A stretch of DNA of 64,000 nt from Diadema antillarum. Taxonomy: Eukaryota. The translations under genes were made by a program, and so were the position numbers. Every line of letters begins with the position of its first letter. The first letter of the stretch is position 1. The stretch is from contig NW_027271005.1 of NCBI RefSeq assembly GCF_040938485.1, positions 930,001 through 994,000 on the forward strand, written 5' to 3'. The notes under the pieces were generated by a model. The model was given only the letters and a program-made list of their open reading frames with translations, did no database searches and had not been told where the DNA came from. Shown here piece by piece: positions 39,101 through 51,100 of this stretch.

Positions 39101-42100
39101 GTTTGACAAGATATATAAGTCATGATCATGTGGTGAGTGTAATACCAAAAAGCATTATATCACTCAAAAATGGAAAATGATTATGAAGACACATCACAGT
39201 TATGTATGTGGCACATTTCTCTTAAGTCCACAAAGATTGTAGCATTTGGAACTTCAACCTTTCTTATTCCTGTGCCCACATATCCACCCCGACCTGCAAT
39301 GTGCTATTCTTTCTGCCAGAAAATAATGGGAAAATCCATAATTTAAAAGATAGATGTTCAGAAATGATCCTCATTTGCAGTATATCCAGTGTCCCTGTTA
39401 TAAATAGGTTTGTATCTGATGTGTCATTGACAAATATTCGCTGGCTATCTGTTGGTTACTGTTATGAAGCAGCAAACCAACTAGACGTGAGAAATTTTTG
39501 TTCTGTCTGCTGAGGATGTTTAGTGCCATCCAGTGGGTGTATGTTGTGGTTAAATGCATCCTCATTTAGCAGTAATTTGTGGTAGGAGGAAGTGAGTAAT
39601 GCCAGACAGATAAACACAATTCCTGATCTTGTCTGATCCCTTGTGTAATTGTGCAGATGTACATTTTGTTTTTCACATATATGAGGTTTGAAATGATGTG
39701 ATATAACTGAATGACACTGTAACAACTTCCAACAAATTGACTGTGATAAGTCTCATGAATGAGTATATACCACACTGTTGTCCTTTCTTTGTATCATGAT
39801 GCCTAGAATACCACTCATATTAGTAATTTTATGACAATGCATGAAAGTAGGTATGTCAGAGCCTTCTGAAAAATTTAAGTGTCCTTCTTGACTACCTTGA
39901 TGTGCTTTGAGGTGTAGATATATTTTATTTGGTTCTATATATATATCTCAAACTTGATCAGGAGTTGGTTGTGTGTAATCTCTTTAGTGGAAATGACTAC
40001 AGCAGTATATTGTTATCAGTATATCAGACACATTCAATTAGATAATGCTTGAAGCATGAAAGTAAAGATTTTTCTCATAAACTCATCTACTCTTTTGTAT
40101 TTTCATCTTCCTCAAGTTTGTAATGTAACACATGAAAGAAACTGTGCTCTTCGATGGAGTGGGACCAAGAAGAAATTCACGATTAGGGTTGTTATTGAAT
40201 ACCTGCTCAGTTATATTCAATGTGTTCTCAAAGTATGAGATTAGAACATCAAATCAAATTTTGAAGTTGCACAATTATTGTTGGCAGGCAGATGTAGGCC
40301 TTCACGTATTTGAAAAGTCATTGTACATTGTAGATATACCATACAAATTCAGGGAGATCAATTACATGTAAGTTACAGATGTACCATTCGTCGCTGGGGT
40401 GACAAGACCTTGTATCTGAAATTTTGATGAAAATTATTTTTTTTGGATTAATGGTCAGATAATCAGTTAAGTGATGTCCTGTCGAAATCCTAGCTGTCTT
40501 ACCCCAAAAATAAAGCCACCACGGCATGTCAAAGGAAAGGCTATCCCATTCGCTATAGTGCTTGTGGCTCTTGTGAACATTTGATTCGGCACACCGTACA
40601 CCGGGGTACCGTTGTAACCCGGGGTACCGCGTTGTATAGCGCCATCTCATGCCAATTATTTATAATGCGTATCCGAATTCAGATACGCCGATTCTGAATT
40701 CGGATACGGCAAAGTCGTCGCAATGAACTAGCACCATAGGTGTTTTTCGAAGTACACTTGCATGCATTAATTGATGCATAATCACAAATTAGAAAACATT
40801 TTTGTGCATAATAATACTAAAAAATATTTTGACACATTTTTTGGTAAGCCAGGGTACAGCGCTGAAAAAAAAAATTAATTCAACAAAATGGCCAATTTTC
40901 ATTTGGTACCCCAGGGTACCAAATATTGCATCATTTGACATTTTGTAGATACGAGGTCTTGTCGCCCCAGCGACTGTATAAATAGTAACCTGCTATGCGG
41001 ACAGTGGGTGTAGCTGACTCCTGGAGGTAACACCCCCCCCCCCCCCCCCCATCTCTGTCCTCTGACTGATAAGAACATATTTTGTTACGTTTCCCAAAAT
41101 TTCAGACACGTCGTCCTCAGTAGTCCCGTGTGCTTGGAGACTGGTAAGACTTACACAATCCAGGTAGACTTCACCCGGTACAGCTCAGACAATCGGCCGA
41201 TCAGCCCACAGATTCTCCTAGACTCTGTAAGTACCACTTCCTGTGACACTCACTATGATTCCACCTGTCTGGGCTGGAGGTGACCAAAAACTTGACAGTT
41301 TTGTCTATTTATGGATTTATCATTATCACGTATGCAGTCTGTGTAGAGTCCAGGGGACCCAAGTAATGATACCCCCCCCCCCCCCAACCCACCCTCCCAT
41401 GCCTACGAATTGCTTTGATAGTGTCCACTATCTGTTTGTTTGTTTTCAAAACAGGCTACTCCACACGTTTGTTTCCCTCTCCGCAACATAAATTCTCTTG
41501 TTTTTGTTTGCTTTTTTTTTTTGTAGAGAAAACTTCATTCTCAAGAATATTCATGCACTAATGTTTAAAAAAGTCTGTCTTTCATCAGGATAAATTTTTT
41601 GCTAAAATGTTGTGCTTTTAGATACTCTAGTAGAACATGTTATCATTTGCAATTGTTGCATAATTATACTGATTTGCTTTTGCTCCAGGTTGGATAGGGG
41701 TTGGATGCTTGCTTTTTCTCCAGGTTGGATAGGGGTTGGATGCTTGATTTGTCATTGTAATGCCCTGGATTTTGGCCATATTTTGTTGTTCTTCCTTCAT
41801 GATGAATTTAACATTAAGTAGAGACTGTGATAGTAAGATTATGTATTTTTTCTAGAACTGTATGTGAGCCTTAAACATGACCAACTGGCTTAATGTGATA
41901 TCTGTGAATAAAGATGGAACTAATCTGTCTCTACTCTGTCTTGTCTAGCTGGTTGTGATGCCAAGGGCAACCACGTACCCCATCTTCCAAGGGGAAGACC
42001 CCATTGAGCAGTACAGGCTGGAGCAGTGGAACTACTATCGGTGTGGAGAGGCCCACATGTCTGCTGTACACTCGCCCCTCTCTGAGGTCTGCATGGGACT

Positions 42101-45100
42101 CATGTTCAGCATGTCTGCTATGGCATTTGACGGAGCCCTGGGTGAGATTTTAGCCCTGTTTACTCGAGTCTGCTTGTCAGCCTGCCATTAGAGCCCAAAC
42201 TCTTCAAATGTTTTTACTGAAGTTTGTTTTTGTGTTTGGAAAATTACTGTATTTTCTCTATGTTGTGGTTACTTTAGAAGTAGGATTCTTTTATACCTTT
42301 TCTGTGTTTGATTATGTATGAGGGATTGGTCTGTAGTACACTTGTCTTATATTCATGAGAGAATAGTACTCAAGAAGAAATAATTTCTAGAAGACTTCTT
42401 CAAAAGTGTAGCATTTTAAATATCAAAGTTGCATGATTTACACAAAGTTACTCCACAAAAATACTATTTCTTTAGTCTGATAAACATGCAAGCTGATTAT
42501 TTATGTACAATACAGGGCCAGCGGAGCATTTTCAAAAGTGTGGGGGCCCACTTCCAGGTTTCATGAGCTAACAAGCAAAAAAAAATCCTCAGCTTCTTCT
42601 GTTGCAGTCAGTGGATGTTGGATTTTTTGTGTGATTACTGTGTTTGGAAAATTTACTGTATTTTCTCTCTGTTGCACTTACTTTAGAAGTAGGATTGAAA
42701 ACAAAAATGACTGTTCTGTGTTAGATTATGTATGAGGGATTGGTCTGTAGTACACTTATGTTATACTTGTGAGAGAATAGTACTCAAGAAGAAATTATTT
42801 CTAGAAGACTTTTCCAATAGTGTAGCATTTTAAATATCAAAGTTGCATGATTTACACAAAGTTACCCCACAAAAACACTATTTTTTTTTAGACTGATAAA
42901 CATGGAAGCTGATTATTTATGTATGTGTACAATACAGGGCTGGCGGAGCATTTTGAAGAGTGTTGGGGCCCACTTCCGGTTTCATGAGCTAACCAGCAAA
43001 AAAAAAGTCTTCAGCTCATCTCTCCCCTTCCATTTCCGGGTTTCTTCAGCTGACAAGCAAAAAAAAAAAAAGGTCCTCAGCTCAAAAATACATAAACAGT
43101 AACAAATAAAGGTCTTCAGTGGAAAAACATAACCTTACCGCTCTCACACTTCAAGATCTCTATCTATTACTATTTGGTGTCACTTACGTACTTCCGGGTT
43201 AAAAAATGTGTGGGGCCCAAAATGATGACACCTTATGTATTCCTTTGTATGGTGTACAAAAAGTGCGGGGGCCCGAGCCCCCACGGCCCCCATGGTTCCG
43301 CAGGCCATGCAATAGGTGCTTTTCAGTGTGTTCTTCATTATTTTGACCTGTGCTATATTCAAACTTTAAGATGTTGTTCAACAGCCATATACCTTTCATT
43401 CAGAAGTTGAGATTCCTCTGCAATGAAGATTTCAAGTGCTGTATGTTTAATCTCTTCCAACCGCTAATCCCACTTATTTACTCTTCTCCAATGACAGAAT
43501 GTGGATGCGATTTCATGGGCTCACTCAGCGCCATCTGTGATGAGGCCGGTGGGCAATGCCCATGCAAGCCCAACGTGATTGGACGCACCTGCAACCAGTG
43601 TGCGCCAGGAACCTATGGCTTTGGCCAAGAGGGTTGCACTCGTAAGTCAAGAGTAAAAGCAGTAGCCTTTCCGTTAGTTTGACACAATCTACATGAAGCC
43701 ATTGTGGCAATTTTAGCATCCAGAAATTTCTTTCCATGCCCCAGTTTGTCCCTGCAGCCTTTTGGGAGAGAAATGTCCTTTTATCTTCCTGCTTTTCGTT
43801 TTTTAAGTTCACACTGCCTGTGAAAAAAGAAATATCTTGTTACATACAAGTGTTTACATTGTTTGTTTTTGTTTGATTTTTCAAAAGAGAGCAGCATGGC
43901 TTGCCTTCCCCTCTTTTTAAGATTTAGATTACAAGTAACTTATTTGCTGTGAATAACTTTACAATAAAGCAACAAAAATATTTGACAAGTTTACACTTCA
44001 CCCTTTTGAAGTAAGACTCGCAACTATTCCATGTTTTTGTACTTCCATTTTAAGCGCATAGGTTATGTAGATGACCTTGAGTTTAAGATAATCTATGCAG
44101 ACGGCCTAAACCCCTAAAACAATAGACACATCGGAGATACAAGGGCACCTCCCCTGTCAGAGATTCCTGAGGACAAGAAGTTTTGAGTTCTGGGTATTCT
44201 GACACATGGTTTCAGTTGCAAAGGTTTTTTTTTTTTGTGGTAATAAAAGTGATATCCATTCTTCTTAGATATTAGCATTTTGTAGTGTAAAATGAAGTGT
44301 CATGCTAATAACCATTTGTGCCTTCTCTGTCACAACATGAACTTTGAACTCTTTAGTGATAAGTGAAACAGGTGGAATGGAAGGGCAACAACTGGCTAGT
44401 AATGTTGACTCACTCTGTCTCAATCCACCACAGCTTGCAACTGCGATACCACAGGCTCACTGAACGAGTTCTGCAACCAAGTGTCTGGTCAGTGCCAGTG
44501 CCGGCCCAACACTTACGGTCAGCAGTGCAACGAGTGTCAGCCGGGCTTCTGGAACTTCCCCAACTGCCAGCGCTGCCGTTGTAACGGCCACGCTGACATC
44601 TGTGACCCCCAGACTGGAGAGTGCATTGGTTGCCGTAGCAACACTGCTGGTTTCTACTGTGAAAGGTAAAGGAACTGAAATGTAGGCTTTTTTTCATTAT
44701 TAAACTTTTTGATTCATGATTACGCACATACATAATAACCATTACAATCACTTTTGAATATGAATTAGTGTTTTTTGCTACAAGATTTAATAGTGATTCA
44801 ATAATTTCTGAAAAGTTTTCAGATGTTTTTATCATGTAGAATTTTTAGTCAGATTTCAAACTCCCCATTATATACAGGAACAAATAATATTTCTGATTTC
44901 TTAATAATCATTAGATATTTGCTGTGATTTTTACATTTTTTTCAACTGAGGACCTACAAAAATTTATGATATCATACTCTCTGTAGAATAAATATGTGAT
45001 TTCTCATCATGTCTTCTCAATTGGAGGCCGATAATCTGATATCCATCTTCTTCCCTGACCTGTTCATAGCTGTCAGCGAGGTTACTATGGCGATCCTACT

Positions 45101-48100
45101 CTTGGCTCCTCCCTGCCGTGCCAGCGCTGCCTGTGTCCGGGCGGGGCTGGAAGCGGCAACCAGTTTGCCGAGACTTGCCAGCTGGATCAGGGCACGCAGA
45201 CTGTACAGTGTGACTGCTTCAATGGCTACACAGGTGTGCAGCCCTCCTCTCTTAAGGCATTTCTTGGATGGAGAAAGGAGGAAGGGGGGGGGGGGGGGGT
45301 GGTGGGCTGGGAAATTAAGTGAACACACTCTGATATTGCTTTGTCTGGTTATGGCAATAAATTCTTCTACTTACTTACTCCCTGCAAAAGCAAGTAATCA
45401 TTTCATCATATTGGATTTTTGTAATCATATGTTAGGTGTTATTATCATCAATTACTTACATGTATGTGGAATATGTGATAGAAAGAAAGGAACCCGTTAG
45501 CTTTCATTCATTTGAAAAACAAAAACGGAAACCATGATATTACGATTGTCATTATTTTAAGCCTATTCCTCACAACAGTAATGCATTTATTTGAGTTAGT
45601 GTGTACTAATGGCATTAGTGTAATAGACATGAACAACCATGAGCAACCTTACTGCAGTTGAGATTCTTCGGCTGCATGCGTACTAACAGAGATCAGTGAT
45701 AAATTTGTACTGTACACAGTTCGTTACGGGGATTCTCAAGTATATATGAGCTGGTCCAGCCTTTACACTCTATAGAATCCCCACGCTACCAAGCCCTTGG
45801 TGTGAACTACAAAACCCCACCAACCCACGTACAAAATCCTCATCCCAAGCACTATAAATTCTGAAACTCTGTACCCAGTAGAACCAATTTATAGGTGTTC
45901 AGTTTTCAACATTAGCAAAAGTCTGAAAATCATGCGGAAGTCTCATTTAACCTTGTCACTACAAACTGCAGGCATCCGGTGTGATCAGTGCGACAACAAC
46001 TACTTTGGAAACCCCAATGAGCCAGGCGGTGCATGCAACCTCTGCAACTGCAACGGCAACACCCTAACAAGCAATCCTGGCAACTGCGATGCCAACACAG
46101 GCCGTTGCCTACGATGTCTGTACAACACGGCAGGATTCAACTGCGATACCTGTGCGCCTGGATTCTACGGTGATGCCATCCAACGAACCTGCAGAGGTAA
46201 CCATTGTCCACTTTCTCGCTGATGGTTTGGTCATCACATTAATTTTTGTGATCCAAGGACTACGCTGTATTTGGTATTGTCGACCAGAACCGACTGAAAA
46301 ACCACTCTGGCTTAAAACACTAGAAATTAAGTTTTGCTCAGATGATTTCCTGTTTGACTAAGCAATTAATATTTTGGTTGCATTTTCACTTACAACAGGT
46401 CAGTGAGTTTGCTGAAATCATGATAGGGGGATGGTATTGTTTGTTTTCAATTTCAGACTATTAGACCATGCATTTGTCTACTCTTGTAGTATGGTATGTA
46501 GCTTGCATTGACTGAATTCTTGAGTGCACATTTTCTCCACAGCTTGTTTACCTGCCAATATGATGATAGTGTCCACAAGACTGAACATAGTAATCTGGCA
46601 AAATCCAAGGATTTAATGTAACTCTGATTGAAGGTAAATCTACATCTGTTGTGAAGTCTTAATTTTTTACGCTGTACTAATAGTTCCATTCTCTGTTCAC
46701 CTATGTACTCTCTTTTTACGTTGATCTTGTCACTCCCTACAGATTGTGAATGTAACATTCTCGGCACTGACCGCAGCATCTGTGACCTGGACAACAACTG
46801 CGGAGTTTGCGACGCTGTGACCGGACAGTGCCCCTGTCTCCCCAATGTCCTTGGACAGAGATGTGACCAGTGCGCTCCCAACCACTGGAAGCTTGCCAGC
46901 GGGACAGGCTGTGAGGCATGCAACTGCTGCTCCTATGGTTCCTATTCCCCACGTTGTGATGAGGTGAGTGTTCTAACTAACGTGTGTGTTTATTTTGTAG
47001 TTGGAAACTGTGCCCATATGTAAGTTACTTTTTCAGGGTATTCCCCTACTAGGCCAGTCAACTTCATTCACCACTACTCAGGAGAGCACATCAAAGATAA
47101 ACAACTACTAATCAGTTGAAAGATGATTGAAATATTTTGTCTTATGGACAAGCTGCTGATCTGCTATATTAGGAACCAGTGGCGACTGTTTTCCAAAAAT
47201 GGCCAGTTTTATGTGTTTTGTAAAGAAAGTAATTCTCCTGTGAGAGATGTAGGGGCAGTCCTCTTGTTGCGATGAAAAGTTGGACTTTTATTCTGGCATA
47301 CTTGCAGTCTGTGCAGATTTGTGTACAGTCACCTTTTATTGACATATATCACCTTCAAGATGATAGGCACTCAATTTACCCCTAACATCAGCCATCCCAA
47401 AAGCACACCAGGAGTTGGAGTCATGCTGAGGGCCTGTCCAAGCAAAACGACTCCAAAGCTCCATCACATCATCATGTGTCTCACTTTTTCGTGGTTTGGA
47501 TTGTACACCATGCACATACTAGGCTCCTTCAATACTCTTTGTAGACAAATTGCAGTCCCAGTGCAATATAGCTAGCATTTTATGCTCTGAACAAGATTTG
47601 TCCCCCCTTGTACAAGTTTTAACCATTCCTGTGTAAAGGTTCATCTGTAGCAGGTAATTTTAGGGCAAACCTATGATTGTGCTTTCAGTATACTGGTCAG
47701 TGTTCCTGCCTACCAGGCTTTGGTGGAAAAGAGTGCTGTGACTGCGAGGCTAACTACTGGGGTGACCCACGGGTCGGTTGCACAGGTATGTTTCTATAGC
47801 AGGCCATCAAAATTTCATAGTTTTGTATCCCTGACATGATGTGGTTGTCAATGAAATGTTCACTCAGTGTAGTTGTCTTTGTTTGATTTCTATATCTGTT
47901 GTATTTGCTTACCTGTATATATATATTTTTTTTTTTAAATTATTTTTTATTACAGCCTGGATGCATTTCATATCTTGTTGTATTTATATTTGTCTGCTTT
48001 AATATTCGAATTCCTGTAGTCTCAGTTAATATTTTTCCTGGTTGTTTTTGCAAATATACTTTATATATTTCCGCATTAGGGCTTTTTCACCTAGTCTAGC

Positions 48101-51100
48101 ATATAAGATGGGCATATCCCATTGTACTTTCCATTTTTAAATGATTTTGATTGTTTTCATTTTAATATCAAGGCATAATTGTCTGTGCTCTAGAAAATAC
48201 CAGTTCTTTAAAAAGAAATGCAACAACAAATGTTTGAAAGCTTGTATACTATTGTGTGAAAAATGCTGTAATAAAAATCAAAGCTCATACTTTATTGCAC
48301 CTTTGTTGATGTGGTAAGCAGTAAATGTAATTGTTATATGTCTGCTCTCGCAGAGTGTGACTGCGACGCGCAGGGATCGGCCACTTCCCAATGTGAGCGG
48401 GCCACCGGCCAGTGTGTCTGTCTGCCCGGAGTCACTGGCTACCGCTGCGACCAGTGTGCCCGCGGCACGACGGGAGAGCTGCCCCGCTGCGAACCCTGTG
48501 GAGAGTGCTTCGATGACTGGGACAGGACAGTCCAAAATCTCAGGAGTGAGTCAACTTTCTCACATGATTTATTTACCTTCTCTTCTGTTGGATATTATTT
48601 CAAGTGCTTTCACTCTATTTCTGGTTGTGATTTTTATGCCTCCGCCACGAAGTGGTGCCGGAGGCATTATGTTTTCGGGTTGTCCGTCCGTCCGTCCTTC
48701 CGTCCGTCCGTCCGTCTTTCCGTCCGTCCGTAATGAATTTTGTGGACAAGGTAACTATCAAAAGCTGTTGAGGTATCCTAATGAAACTTGGCATGTATGT
48801 GTATTAGGGGGTGAAGTTGTGCCTATCAACTTTTGGGTGCACGTGCTCAAGGTCAAAGGTCAAAAGGTCAAGGTCAAATACATAAAATTTCACTATTTCC
48901 ACCATATCTATGCAATGCCTGAAGATATTTTCTTGAAACTTAGTGTATACATGTATTACCCAATTTAGATTCTCTGGTGAAAGTTTGGGTCATGAGGTCA
49001 AAGGTCAAAGGTCAAAAGGTCGAGTAAAAGTATTAAAACTTCTTTTTTTCTCTGTAAATTGGAAAATTGTTCAAGGTATCTTCATGGAACATAGTATATA
49101 CATGTACTGACTGGCAGTGATTATCTAGAGAATGTAGGGTTCATGGGGTCAAAGGTCAGGGGTCAAAGGTCAAGTGCAACACTTCAAAATTTTACTATTT
49201 CCCTCATGTTCATGCAATGCCAGCAGGATTAGTATTTTTTTTTACACTTGGTGTATGCATGTGTAACCTAATAGAAATTCTCTGGAGAGTTTTTTTTTCT
49301 TTTTCTTTTTTTATTGCCTCAAAGGTCAAAAGGTCAAAGATCAAGTGAAAGTGCTGAACTAACTTTTTCCTCCATATCTCGGAAGTGGCTCGATTTATCA
49401 TGAAACTTACTGCATATCTATGCATGTTCTTCCTGAAAGTGATTATCTTATGAATTTTAGGGTCAAAGGCCAGATGAACATGGTAACAAATACTATTCAG
49501 TACAGAAATTGCACTTTTTCTCCATACCGGTACCATGAAAATTACTCATTGCATTAAATGTATGAATGGGTCAAAGTCAAGTTAAAGTCCTTAAATCCCC
49601 AAATACATGCTCTCCTATTCATCCAATTAAACCAGGGTCAAGGAAGGTGAACATTCAACACATTTGTGACAAACTTGTCATTTCAATATTTTGCCAGTTT
49701 TGTGAAAATGTAATCACACATTGTCCACATGAACTATCTAGACCTATTAGGAGAATCATGCATTATGGCGGAGGCATACCAGTCGCCATAGCGACATTTC
49801 TAGTTGTGTTTTATTTCTGTATGCATGTTTTTCTGTGAAAAAATTAGTCATTTAAGTTCAAATCCCATTCTTTGATACTCCCTCATTAGTTATTGGTGTA
49901 CAAATACTGCACATTGCCGAGGGCATTTGTGAGAATCATCTACCCAATAGTAGTTTAGAACAATGTGTGTGGGACTGTGCAAAAGTTAATGGGGGTGGAC
50001 ATATTTATTAATGACCAACCTAGTAATATGCATTATTTGTTTTATGAAATGGTAATATTGAGTTCTCGTGAGATTCCTAAGCCAGTATGTACCAGCTCCA
50101 AAGTATATGATCTGCACACAGAAATGAATGTAATGATTTTGTAACGCAGAGGCAATGCAACCAGGTGCAGATGAGTGGCGGTTAGTATCGGTCATTAGCA
50201 TACTAGCACCCAGTGAAGAGTAAAGCAAGGCTTTTAGACAAAATAAAAGAGTGTTTGTGGTCATGTGATAGCTTTCAGCCAATCATTTTATTAGGATCCA
50301 TATCACCATTCTATGATAGGTTTAGCACATATGACTACAGACTACTTCACTTCACTGTCATCTGGTGTACACCTGTAGATAAACTAAAGCCAGGATGTGT
50401 GTACTCGGCTATGTTGGACAAGAAAAAAAAATGATATGTAATTCGATCATATTGTTTGTCTCTTTTTTTGTGTGTTGTAGATCAAACTGACTCCCTCATT
50501 GAGCTCGCTCGCAAGATCAAAGTCAACGGATCGACCAGCGCTTATGATGAGGAATTTGAACGCCTGGAAGCCAGAGTAATGTATGCAGAAACCCTCATTG
50601 GAATGCCCTCAGTTACAGAGGACGACGTTGACAACATTCAGAGGGAACTCGATGACATCAGGTAAAAGGATACAGACTTAACTGTCCTTCCTTTGATCAA
50701 GGTGCTACAAAGTAACTGCTTTCTTAGAAGTGGTGAAATTTCACACAGTTGTGTCCTTAGATTTGGAAGTGGTACAATAGAATGAAAGAGATTGAATCCC
50801 AAAGATGTATCCTTGTATTCTAAGATTTAGGTTGAAAGCAGAAAAAAACTTGTTGAGATTGTGCAGATCTCCTTCATACATTTCTAGAAACGCTGTACAC
50901 TATTTTGAATTATGATTTCCAGTGTCATACTTCTTATTGTCACTGTTTGTCTGCCTTGATACACTGTCCTCCACCAGTTCTCCTGCCAAACCAATTTCAT
51001 TATTATTCTGAGACTATTCAATGATTTGCTCTGTGGCCTTTGTTTTTAAAGAATACTTTGATTCCATCTTATAGGTTTGGCTAGTGGTAAAAGTTCAGCA

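Noticed and set aside
48357-48968. 203-aa ORF, the second longest in the track
   Set aside because: Wrong frame of exon 19 running into the HINE (GTCC)n microsatellite (PSVR repeats).
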